From the NCBI GenBank assembly GCA_965242925.1, contig CBDEUM010000034.1:64001-128000 (forward strand): a stretch of DNA of 64,000 nucleotides. The letters run 5' to 3'. The notes under the pieces were generated by a model. It had not been told where the DNA came from. It was given only the letters and a program-made list of their open reading frames with translations, and searched no databases. The position numbers were made by a program, and so were the translations under genes. This document shows positions 10,116 through 19,573 of this stretch, piece by piece; within the stretch, counting starts at the first letter, position 1; each line of letters starts with the position of its first letter. This DNA is from Roseibacillus sp. (GTDB lineage: Bacteria; Verrucomicrobiota; Verrucomicrobiia; Verrucomicrobiales; Akkermansiaceae).

Positions 10116-13100
10116 ATGACGAGACACGAGCCCCTCCTGCCCCTTACTCTGCACTCCCTTCTCAGCGGTGGGGCGGGCAAGGGCAAGCCTGCGAGCGAAT
10201 CGGCGGCAATCCGCTCACGGCGAAGGGCAGGCGTTCTCGCCGGAGTGATGGTGGCGTGTCTTGTCCATGGCAGCGTAGCGGCGAACGATTGGCCAATGTG
10301 GCGTTACGATGCGGCCCGGGGTGCATCGACACCGCATGCACTGCCCGATTCGATGGAGTTGCTGTGGTCCCGGAGGCTGCCGCCGGCGCGACCCGCATGG
10401 CCCAAGACTCAGGTCAAGCTTCAGTTCGACGTCGTGCCGCAACCGGTTGTGATGGGAAAGCGGGTGTTCGTTCCCTCCACGGTGAACGACAGCGTGTCGG
10501 CGTATGATTCTGGAACCGGGGAACTCCTTTGGCGGTTCTTTGCGGACGCACCGGTGAGGTTCGCTCCGGTCGGCTATGAGGACCGGGTCTATTTTGTCTC
10601 GGATGACGGCCATCTCTATTGTGTCAGTGCCGATGCCGGGAGGCTTCATTGGAGGGTGAACGGCGGTCCGGCGAAGCGAAGAGCAATAGGAAATCACAGA
10701 ATGGTCTCAAGTTGGCCGGCACGAGGCGGTCCGGTTGTGAATAATGGGCGGGTGTATTTTTGCGCGAGCATCTGGTCGTTCATGGGGATATTTATCCACG
10801 CTGTAGACGCCTTGAGCGGAGAGATCATCTGGACCAACAGCGGTGACGGAATGAACTATACAGTGCAGCCGCACGGTGCCCCGTCGTTTGCCTCGGTGGT
10901 TCCGCAGGGTCACCTTGCGATAGCGGGGGATCACCTGGTGGTGCCGGGAGGGCGCTCGACGCCGGCGGTGTTCGACCTTGTGACCGGCAGGATGAAGCAC
11001 TTCGTTTTCGACAAGAAGAACGGGGGGCATCACGTGATGGCCGGGCGCGACCTCTACTTCATGGCGGGTGGGGCCTACAGCATGGAAACCGGGAAGCGAG
11101 TGGCGAACGAGAGTCCCAGGATGGGGGATGCCGACACGCTGGTGTTTCAAGACGGGAAATCGATTTACGGACGGAGCGCGGGCGTGCTGGCGGGCAAGAA
11201 GAAGGGGAAGAAGGGCGGGGACCTTGTCCGGGAAACTCAATTCGCTATCAGTCCCCTGGACGGACCTTCCAAGGCATTTATCAAGGCGGGGGATCGGGTG
11301 TATGCTGCAGGTGACGGCAAGATCGCAGCCTATGATGTGAGGGGCGCGAAGGGTGAGCAGAAGCCGGCATGGATGGCGGAGATTGAGGGGACGGTGCATC
11401 ACATGCTGGCTGCCGATGGGAAGCTCCTCGTGGTCACCTCGGAGGGGGGAATCGATTGTTTTGGTGCGCGCAGGACGGGTCAGTCGGCGGGGGAAGTTCA
11501 CGGCATTGACGAGGTCGAGAGACCGGAGAGTCCGGTCGGTGGGGATCGCTTTACCAGGTTGGTTGAGGGTGCAATGAAGGATCCGGAGTTCCGGAAGGGC
11601 TATGGGCTCGCCCTGGGTTACGCTTCCGGGCGCATGATTGAAGAGGTGCTCAACCAATCGGATCTTCATTTGGTCGTTCTCGACCGTTCGCCGGAGAAAG
11701 TCGACTTGGCCCGCCGTGGTTTCGACCGCAAGGGGACCTATGGCATCCGGCTGTCGGTGCATGTCGGCGATGTTGCGACGAACCGCCTGCCGCCTTATTT
11801 CGCCTCGTTGATCATCTGTGAGGATCTCACTGCCGCCGGGTTTGAGGCGGGGGGCCGGGAATTCGTCGGCAATCTGTTCCACTCTCTCCGTCCCTATGGA
11901 GGGATGGCGATGATCTTGAGTTCGCGCGAACAGCATGAGGCGATCGCTGGTATCGTTGCGAAATCTGAGGGGTTGAAGCAGGCGCGGCTGGATTGGAAGG
12001 ACGGCGTAACCCGGTTGGTTCGTGAAGGCGCCCTGCCGGAGACCGACGATTGGACACACCAGTATGCGAATCCTGGACAGACCGTGGTTTCGAAGGACAA
12101 ACTGGTGAAAGCGCCGCTGGGCCTGTTGTGGTTCGGCGGTCCCGATCACGAAGGAGTCCTGCCTCGGCACGGTCACGGGCCGTCGCCGCAGGTGGCGGGC
12201 GGTCGCTTGTTCATCGAGGGGGCGGACATGTTGCGCGCAGTGGATGTGTATACGGGCCGGATGATCTGGCAGCGGGAGTTGCGTGGATTCGGAAGCTACT
12301 ACAACAAGACGGCTCACTTCGCGGGTGCCGGCGAGATCGGAAGCAACTATGTTTCGTTGCCCGACCGGATCTATGCGATCTATGAAGGGAGAATCCTGGA
12401 ACTCGATGCGGCCACCGGAGCGACACTGAAATCATTCGTTCTTGATGAAGTGCGAAAAGAGGGGGAGCGTGCGCCGCACTGGGGCTACATCGGCGTGCAG
12501 GGCCAGTATCTCGTCGCCACATCGTCTCCGGTGAACGTGACGGTGGCCAAGGGAGAGGGAGCAAAGAAGGCCAAGCCCGCCGCGAAGAAGCGGATCGACA
12601 TCCTGGAGATACTCAGAGAGGCCAAGTATGCCTCCGGCAGTCGACGACTGGTCGTCTATGACCGGTATACAGGCAGATTGCTCTGGAAACGCGACGCGGC
12701 GCTCAATTTTCGCCATAACAACATCGCGGTGAGCGAGGACACAATCTTCTGCATTGATTCGATCACCGAGGGTAAGTTGAAGAAGGCGGGTGGGGTCAGA
12801 GTAACTCCCGATGCCAGTCCGACCCTCCTTGCCTTGGATTTGAAGACCGGGGTGGAGCGTTGGAAGATGAGCAAGGACGTGTTCGGGACGTTCCTCAACT
12901 ACTCTGCGGAACACGATATCCTGTTGCAGGCCGGCAGCAAATACCGTGACCGGGCCGGGGACGATATCGGCAAGGGAATGATGGCCTTGCGCGGCACGAC
13001 CGGTGAGGTCGTATGGCACAACAGCAAGTTGGAGTATGGCGGACCCTGCCTGCTTTGGCGGGACCGGATCATTACCAACGGTGCTGGCGGATTTGCGTTG

Positions 13101-13907
13101 GAGCTCCTTTCTGGAAAGCGGACCGGTTGGAGCTATCAGCGGATGTACGGATGCAACACCGCGATCGGCAGCGAACACCTCCTCACGTTCCGTTCCGGCG
13201 CAGCCGGCTTTTACGACATGGCAGAGGACGGTGGGACCGGCAATATCGGCGGATTCCGTTCGAGTTGCACCTCCAACCTGATCGTGGCCAACGGGGTGCT
13301 CAGTGCACCCGACTACACTCGCACCTGCTCTTGCGCCTATCAGAACCAGACATCACTGGCATTGATCCACATGCCGGATGCTGAGTTCTGGACCTTTGGA
13401 GCCAAACCGGCCACGGGACGGATAGGGATCAACTTCGGCGCACCCGGCGACCGTCGCGACCCGGAGGGGACCCTGTGGGCTGACTTTCCGAGCGTGGGTG
13501 GGCCTTCGAATGACGTGGGTATCTCGATCGAGCCGGCGACTGCCGGCGTTTTCCGTATTCATTCCGCCAGATTGCACGGTGATGAGCTGAAGTGGGTGGC
13601 GGCTTCCGGGTTGTCGGGCGTGGAGTCGATTTCCGTGCCGGTGAAGCGGGAGGGAACTTATCGGATCCGCCTCCTGTTCGCAGAGCCGAACGAGGATGCC
13701 AGTCCTGGGGATCGAGTGATGAAGGTCAGCGTCCAGGGAGAGATGGTAATGGAGAATCTCGATGTCGTCGCAGAGGCCGGCGGACCGTTGCGTGTGCTTG
13801 CCCGGGAATTCGATGCAGAGCCCTCTGATGGCCGGATCGTGATCGGCCTGGCGGCTCGCGCTTCGCGTCCGACACTGATCAGTGGAGTCGAGCTGTTGCG
13901 GCGATAG
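10116..13907 (+). CDS. PQQ-binding-like beta-propeller protein with degenerate methyltransferase-like middle domain and C-terminal malectin-like domain
   Basis: DWPMWRYDAARG start of mature protein, WRFFADAPVRFAP, WPARGGP, WTHQYAN, APLGLLWFGGP, Cys motif GC..RSSC..CSC, terminal RLLFAEP..ISGVEL. True start may be downstream (signal peptide near 10248). Confidence 0.85.
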   Translation: MTRHEPLLPLTLHSLLSGGAGKGKPASESAAIRSRRRAGVLAGVMVACLVHGSVAANDWPMWRYDAARGASTPHALPDSMELLWSRRLPPARPAWPKTQVKLQFDVVPQPVVMGKRVFVPSTVNDSVSAYDSGTGELLWRFFADAPVRFAPVGYEDRVYFVSDDGHLYCVSADAGRLHWRVNGGPAKRRAIGNHRMVSSWPARGGPVVNNGRVYFCASIWSFMGIFIHAVDALSGEIIWTNSGDGMNYTVQPHGAPSFASVVPQGHLAIAGDHLVVPGGRSTPAVFDLVTGRMKHFVFDKKNGGHHVMAGRDLYFMAGGAYSMETGKRVANESPRMGDADTLVFQDGKSIYGRSAGVLAGKKKGKKGGDLVRETQFAISPLDGPSKAFIKAGDRVYAAGDGKIAAYDVRGAKGEQKPAWMAEIEGTVHHMLAADGKLLVVTSEGGIDCFGARRTGQSAGEVHGIDEVERPESPVGGDRFTRLVEGAMKDPEFRKGYGLALGYASGRMIEEVLNQSDLHLVVLDRSPEKVDLARRGFDRKGTYGIRLSVHVGDVATNRLPPYFASLIICEDLTAAGFEAGGREFVGNLFHSLRPYGGMAMILSSREQHEAIAGIVAKSEGLKQARLDWKDGVTRLVREGALPETDDWTHQYANPGQTVVSKDKLVKAPLGLLWFGGPDHEGVLPRHGHGPSPQVAGGRLFIEGADMLRAVDVYTGRMIWQRELRGFGSYYNKTAHFAGAGEIGSNYVSLPDRIYAIYEGRILELDAATGATLKSFVLDEVRKEGERAPHWGYIGVQGQYLVATSSPVNVTVAKGEGAKKAKPAAKKRIDILEILREAKYASGSRRLVVYDRYTGRLLWKRDAALNFRHNNIAVSEDTIFCIDSITEGKLKKAGGVRVTPDASPTLLALDLKTGVERWKMSKDVFGTFLNYSAEHDILLQAGSKYRDRAGDDIGKGMMALRGTTGEVVWHNSKLEYGGPCLLWRDRIITNGAGGFALELLSGKRTGWSYQRMYGCNTAIGSEHLLTFRSGAAGFYDMAEDGGTGNIGGFRSSCTSNLIVANGVLSAPDYTRTCSCAYQNQTSLALIHMPDAEFWTFGAKPATGRIGINFGAPGDRRDPEGTLWADFPSVGGPSNDVGISIEPATAGVFRIHSARLHGDELKWVAASGLSGVESISVPVKREGTYRIRLLFAEPNEDASPGDRVMKVSVQGEMVMENLDVVAEAGGPLRVLAREFDAEPSDGRIVIGLAARASRPTLISGVELLRR

Positions 13908-14104
13908 ACCCCGGGATGAGGGGAGACCGCATCCCTTTCGATTCGCGGCAGGGAAGGGCGGCTCTATTCACGAGTTTCCGGGTTCATGCATCACGGTGCA
14001 GGAGAAGGAGTGAGGGTTGGGGAGAATTCGCTCCGAAGGGGTAGAGCGTGGCCTTGTCGGCAGGAACCAGATCCAGTCAGATCCTGGCAATCGTCTTCCG
14101 GGGC

Positions 14105-14145
14105 ACCCGTCTCTCTCCCCCTTCATGGCCCTCCATCAAGGCCGC
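14105..14145 (+). repeat. Left copy of a 41-bp imperfect direct repeat flanking the methyltransferase gene
   Basis: ACCCGTCTCTCTCCCCCTTCATGGCCCTCCATCAAGGCCGC; 35/41 identical to 15385-15425 by manual alignment. Confidence 0.75.
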
Positions 14146-14217
14146 CGGAGAAGGGAAAATCCTAGCTATTAGGCTCCGTCCCGTGATCCTGTGCTTCTTG
14201 GAAAGAACTGCCCATCC

Positions 14218-15267
14218 ATGATTAAACACGCCGCCATCATCGAGGAACTCAGGCGCCTCACCCGCGAAACGCTGACTCACGATGGATCCAGGGGCATTCT
14301 CGCGGGGATTGTCGATGAGCTTGTTGGGATCCTCGAGAACGCTGCCGATTTCCAGATCGATCGGCAGTTGGACGTTACCGAAGGAGAGACCTCTTGCAGC
14401 GAAGGGTTGGCCATCTCGCCGACGCAGGCGGCGATGTGTGCCGGGGAATTCCAGCGCACCACCACTTTCCTGCGCGGGATGCATGACGCCCTTGTGGAGG
14501 CCGTCGAGGCGAAGGCGCCGGATCCTGTTCGCGTGCTGTATGCGGGCTCGGGGCCCTATGCGACGCTTGCCGTTCCCCTGATGGCGATTTTCCCCCCCGA
14601 GAAGGTCCGCTTCACGGTGCTCGACGTGCATGCAGTGTCGATCGCGTCTGTGAAGTCGGTGGTATCCCGACTCGGCCTCGACAGGAGCGTGGAGTCGTAT
14701 GTAGTTGCGGATGCCTGCAAGTATAACATCCCCGACGACGCGATCCCGGATATCCTCCTTTGCGAAACCATGAGCACGGCTCTGGAGCGCGAGCCACAGG
14801 TCGCCATTATGCGCCATCTTCTCAGCCAGGCACCGGACGCCGTCATTGTTCCCGAATCCGTGCGGGTGGACGCCTTTCTCGTCGATACCTCGAAGGAGCC
14901 TGGCCATATTGTGCCTGAGAGCGGGGATCCGTCGGGGAAGTGGCAACCGGATCGGATTCCGGTGGGTTCTGTTTTCGAATTGAACGCGTCAACGATCCGT
15001 TCCTGGGAGTCCCTTTCGGAGGACCGTCTGCCAGCCGCCATAATCCACTTGCCGCACCCTCCGGAGCCGAGTTACCGGCCTTTTCTCTTCACGACGATCG
15101 TTACCCACGGAGGGCACGTCTTGCTGACCCACGATTGCAATCTCACAGGTATTCGCGAGATCACGGAGATCGACAACGTGGTCGGGGCTTGCGCCGTGCA
15201 GTTTCATTACCGACTGGGCGCCGCGCCGCGCCTTGTCGCCGAAGCTGTGGACCAGTTGCTGGGCTGA
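14218..15267 (+). CDS. Class I SAM-dependent methyltransferase, PRMT/COG4076-like
   Basis: Motif I VLYAGSGPYA, post-I acidic VLDVH, VADA, and DILLCETMSTALEREPQV followed by VIVP. Start at ATG 14218. Confidence 0.75.
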   Translation: MIKHAAIIEELRRLTRETLTHDGSRGILAGIVDELVGILENAADFQIDRQLDVTEGETSCSEGLAISPTQAAMCAGEFQRTTTFLRGMHDALVEAVEAKAPDPVRVLYAGSGPYATLAVPLMAIFPPEKVRFTVLDVHAVSIASVKSVVSRLGLDRSVESYVVADACKYNIPDDAIPDILLCETMSTALEREPQVAIMRHLLSQAPDAVIVPESVRVDAFLVDTSKEPGHIVPESGDPSGKWQPDRIPVGSVFELNASTIRSWESLSEDRLPAAIIHLPHPPEPSYRPFLFTTIVTHGGHVLLTHDCNLTGIREITEIDNVVGACAVQFHYRLGAAPRLVAEAVDQLLG

Positions 15268-15384
15268 TCTGTGTGACGTTTTCCGGCGGTCTGCTCGCCA
15301 AGCCAGGGGGCTTCTCATTGCGGGATTTCGTTGCAACGAGAAAGGACTGTTTCTGCCTCTGATGGAGCCTTCTCCTCCGGGTTA

Positions 15385-15425
15385 ACCCGTCTCTTTCCCC
15401 ACTCGTGGGGCTCCATCAAGGCCGC
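15385..15425 (+). repeat. Right copy of the 41-bp direct repeat, overlapping a 10-bp inverted repeat (TGATGGAGCC 15360-15369 / GGCTCCATCA 15409-15418)
   Basis: Read directly from the sequence. Confidence 0.75.
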
Positions 15426-15460
15426 TATGACTTCTCCGGTCCCGGTGGCTACGCGGCAGC

Positions 15461-16430
15461 TTACCTGCCAGCCTCCCTGAGAAGTTGGGCACAAACGGGA
15501 CGTCCGGCTTCAATCTCGTCGTAGTCCAGTTTGATGCCTAACGGGGTGCACACCAATGCGCTAATAAGATCCACGATTCCCTTGGCGGCTTCCCAGGGCA
15601 GTTCCGCTAAATCAAGGGCCGTGGAGCCGACATTGCTCCTGATCTCAAGGTCCGCTCCCTCCGCCAGGAGAATCTTTACCGTTTCCGTTTGCCCTAAAAA
15701 GGCCGCAGACATCAGGGCCGTATTGCCGTCCTTGTTCTTCAGGTCAAGCTTCGCTCCTCCTTCGATCAGGGCCTTAGCCGCATCGGCACGCCCGAAGATG
15801 ATCGACAGCATGAGAGGGGTGTTCCTGTCCTTGTCACGCTGATTCAGATCGATCCCGTCTTCGATATATTCTTCAAGGGCCTTGAGATCTCCCCTTATAA
15901 GGGCCTCAACGACAGGGACATCCAGTTCCTTTTCCTTCCCGGGATTCCTCGGCAGCGACCGTAGTAATGGGGGCGGCCTCCTCGACCTTGAGGATGGTGA
16001 GGACTGTTTCCTCTTCCTCCTTCGTAATGGTGAATTTGTCCCCGCCAACCGGTTCGACGGTCGAAAACTCAAGCTCATCTCCCCCTCCGTCATCGCCGGT
16101 AAGAGTGATAATCAGGCCGCTGACCTCGTAGGTTCCCTGGTCGCCCGGTTTGCCCGGTGTCGTGGCCACGCCCCCAACCATGGAGCCTGCCTGATATGTT
16201 CCATCGGGATTGAACTGCACGAAAGGATTCTCGGCCTCCGGTCCGACATCCAAATCGATATAGACCCGCTTGGCCTTGATATAATCCGCGAGCGTTATCT
16301 GGTCCTGAGTCGGAGCCGGAACCTTTGCCGCTGGTTTGACTGGGCCCCTCTCAACCTCTGGGGTCGCTTCCTCCTTCCTGTCGCAGCCCAACAGGCCGAC
16401 CACGATTGTTAATATGACCAGTCGATTCAT
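15461..16430 (-). pseudogene. Lipoprotein with C-terminal ankyrin repeats, split by one frameshift near 15940-15946 (real or sequencing error)
   Basis: Lipobox MNRLVILTIVVGLLG-C in ORF 15906-16466; ankyrin repeats (RNTPLMLS, GNTALMSAAFLG, GSTALDLA) in overlapping ORF 15461-16093. Removing one base at GAA TCC C GGG AAG joins them. Confidence 0.75.
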
Positions 16431-16607
16431 GGTAAGATCTCTTATCGTATGAGGCCTCGTTTTCAAGGCGAAAACTCTCTCACAAGCACTATCCGGGACC
16501 CTGCCTGCTGCAGGGGAAGGATCACCCCCACCATCCCCTGCCCAAACCCCTGCGATAGCGCTGAGCTTGCCTCACCCGGCCAACTTGGTAGAACGACGGC
16601 CCTCCAT

Positions 16608-19334
16608 ATGTTTGCGATAATGACTAGAGCGCTCTGCTTTCTAACCTTTGTATTGGCAACGACAAAGTCTCACTCTGCCGACTGGCCGATGTGGCGTCAT
16701 GATTTTGAGCGCACAGCTGAAAGCCCGCAGGAACTCCCTGATCGTCTGGACCTGCTCTGGCACCGCGACCTGCCATCTCCGCAACCCGCCTTCAACGATA
16801 TCAGGCTCCAATTCGATCGCGGTTATGAACCGATCGTCATGGGTTCGAGACTCTTTCTCGCATCCAGTTCCGAGGATAAGGTCTCGGCGTTCGACACCAC
16901 TTCAGGAAAGCTGCTCTGGCAATTCTTCTGCAATGGACCAGTCCGCCTCGCACCGGTGGCCTGGAATAACCAGGTGTTTTTTGGCTCCGATGATGGGAAT
17001 TTCTACTGCGTGGGTGCCGAGACCGGAAAGCTGGCATGGAAATTCAAGGCTGTCCCCTCTGAGAGAAAACTCATCGGCAACAAGAGGCTCATTTCGGTCT
17101 GGCCTGTTCGCGGGGGCCCGGTTCTCAAGGATGGGCGCATCTATTTTGCAGCCGGCGTCTGGCCCTTTGAAGGAGTATTTCTCTACTGTCTTGATGCCGC
17201 AACCGGTGAACAGATCTGGGTCAACGACAGTGCCGGTCACCTTTACGGACAGCAACCGCACAATGCGGTGGCCCTCGGAGGTATCGCGCCACAGGGTTAC
17301 CTCCTGATCAATGGGGGAGATCTCGTGGTCCCCTGCAGCAATGCCTATCCTGGTCACTTCGATCTAGAAACCGGAAGACTCAGGGAATTCAAACTTCCTC
17401 TCGCCGGACGCTATCCAGGAGGATGGTACGTTTCCCTCCCGGGAAAATCGGAACAGAAGAAGACCAAGCGCAAGAGCTTGCTCGCCGATATCGGAGTGAA
17501 CGTCATCCGTCATGAAGACCGCATGCGGTCCGAGGGCAATCCTGAGATTCGCACCACCATCCGAGCGGGAGATCGAAAGTTCCGGTTCAAGGAAGGATTT
17601 CCAGGAGTCGAAGGGGAGATTTACTCCATGATTGCAGCGGACGATAAGCTGTTCATATCGACGGTAGCGGGACGAATCTATGCTTTCGGGAAATCAAGCG
17701 AGGCGGCAGCCCGGCACTGGACCCGTGCGGAACCTGAACCATCACCGGTTTCTGCTCTATCCGCTGAACTTCTCTCCACCGTCTCCCATTATGGATATGC
17801 CGTATTCCTCGGTGCTCCAGACCTGATCACCCTCCGTCAACTCGTCGCCAAATCCGATTTGCTTCTCATCGTTGTCGAATCCGAAGTAGTCCGGGCGGAG
17901 TCTCTACGCTCCCAACTCCTCGATCTTGGCATCTCCCGCTCGCGCGTTGCGGTCAGTCTTGCGGAACCGGAAACCTTCGAAATGCCGCCCTACTTCGCCA
18001 ATTTCATTTTCATCTCAGATCAAATCACAGTGGATTCACGGGAGCGTGTCTTTGAGTCCGTGCGGCCTTACGGAGGAAAGCTCATCATGCAGACTGGCTC
18101 CGGCCTGCGGACCAGGGTGCGGACAGGCCCTCTCCCGGGCAGCACAAACTATGGGGGTGATTTCACGCAAAGCCCGGACGCCCTCGTGAAAGCGCCCCTC
18201 GGAGTCCTCTGGTACGACGACACCCTGGGACACTTCAAGCGTTCACCGCAACCGAAGATCGTTGATGGGATCATGGTCTCTACCAGCAAGGATTGGCTCG
18301 ATTCCTCCACTCGAGAACGCACGATCGACTACCGCCTCCTGCCCCCTTCCTTTTCTGATGTCTATACCGGTCGCATCCTCACGGAGCTCGAAGCTCTGCC
18401 CCTGAAGCAGTTGCCATCGTTCGAGGTGGACCAGAAAACTGTGCAACCAAGTCAATACCGGCCTGCAAGCCAGAAGAACGACTGGAAGCCGAAGGCTCCC
18501 GTTGCCGGATATCGTCAAAATCCGCTGACCGGAGAAACAGAACCTCGCAGGTTCCCGAAGAGTTATGGATGTGACGGTGGTTTTGACTATGGCAACATAT
18601 ACACCATGCGCTCCGGCACGGCTTCCTTCTACGATAAGCGTATCGATAGCGGCACGATCAATATCAGTGGGCCGCGCTCGGGATGCACCAACAGTATTAT
18701 TCCCGCCAATGGTGTCCTGAACCTGCCCTATTTCTATAAGGGTTGCACCTGCAGTTATCCGCTTCCCACGGGGCTCTCCATGTATAGCCTCCCGGAATCG
18801 CATGAGCAGTGGACAACCTGGGGAGCCAGCGAATCTGATGCCTTTGCCGGGAAAATTCAGCGGGTGGGGATCAATCTTGGAGCCCCTGCCGATCGCATGA
18901 CGGAAAAGGGAACTCTTTGGCTGGATTTTCCCAGTGCCGGTGGTCCCTCACCAGACATCGAGATAGAAACCGTTCCCGCTGAGCCGAAGCATTATTACCA
19001 TCACTCGGTCTGGATGAAAGGAGGCGAGGGGTGGCCCTGGGTGGCGGCTTCCGGAGTAGAAGATCTCGTGTCTATCGCCATCAAGGGTCTGAAACCTGGG
19101 AAGTATGACGTGCACCTGACCTTTGCAAACCCCTCCGCCGAAGGGCGCTGCTTTGATATCTTCCTGCAAAAGCGGCTCGTCTCAGAAAAATTTCTCTCCA
19201 GGGGAAAAATGGTGGGCGTCACCAAGTCCATTCGTAACGTCGATTCCGATGGTCACATCCAGTTGGAATTGAAGGCTCATACGGGTTCGACCCAACTCAG
19301 CGGAATCGAGATCATATCGACGGATCTCAGGTGA
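16608..19334 (+). CDS. Second PQQ-binding-like beta-propeller protein (paralog of 10116-13907, shorter second propeller)
   Basis: Signal peptide, ADWPMWRHD, WPVRGGP, APLGVLWY, GC..RSGC..CTC motif, GINLGAPADR, malectin-like end (LSGIEI). Start 16608 or 16620. Confidence 0.85.
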   Translation: MFAIMTRALCFLTFVLATTKSHSADWPMWRHDFERTAESPQELPDRLDLLWHRDLPSPQPAFNDIRLQFDRGYEPIVMGSRLFLASSSEDKVSAFDTTSGKLLWQFFCNGPVRLAPVAWNNQVFFGSDDGNFYCVGAETGKLAWKFKAVPSERKLIGNKRLISVWPVRGGPVLKDGRIYFAAGVWPFEGVFLYCLDAATGEQIWVNDSAGHLYGQQPHNAVALGGIAPQGYLLINGGDLVVPCSNAYPGHFDLETGRLREFKLPLAGRYPGGWYVSLPGKSEQKKTKRKSLLADIGVNVIRHEDRMRSEGNPEIRTTIRAGDRKFRFKEGFPGVEGEIYSMIAADDKLFISTVAGRIYAFGKSSEAAARHWTRAEPEPSPVSALSAELLSTVSHYGYAVFLGAPDLITLRQLVAKSDLLLIVVESEVVRAESLRSQLLDLGISRSRVAVSLAEPETFEMPPYFANFIFISDQITVDSRERVFESVRPYGGKLIMQTGSGLRTRVRTGPLPGSTNYGGDFTQSPDALVKAPLGVLWYDDTLGHFKRSPQPKIVDGIMVSTSKDWLDSSTRERTIDYRLLPPSFSDVYTGRILTELEALPLKQLPSFEVDQKTVQPSQYRPASQKNDWKPKAPVAGYRQNPLTGETEPRRFPKSYGCDGGFDYGNIYTMRSGTASFYDKRIDSGTINISGPRSGCTNSIIPANGVLNLPYFYKGCTCSYPLPTGLSMYSLPESHEQWTTWGASESDAFAGKIQRVGINLGAPADRMTEKGTLWLDFPSAGGPSPDIEIETVPAEPKHYYHHSVWMKGGEGWPWVAASGVEDLVSIAIKGLKPGKYDVHLTFANPSAEGRCFDIFLQKRLVSEKFLSRGKMVGVTKSIRNVDSDGHIQLELKAHTGSTQLSGIEIISTDLR

Positions 19335-19573
19335 ACGGCATGAGGCCCTCCGGGCTTGCCGTCCGACTGGAGTCGATGGAGAGGAGGGGGTTGAGCCGTA
19401 TTTCCACGTCCTTCCCGTCACTCAAGACTGTCTGCTTTTCACTAGGAATTCACCGGATCCGATTTCCAGTGGACCAGGCTGGGATCTTTGCGCCAGGGCT
19501 TTGCTGCGCCAGGAGACATCCAGTGCCGGTAGTGGAAGTGGGCGGCCTTCCGAAACTTGTGATGGGACCGGGG

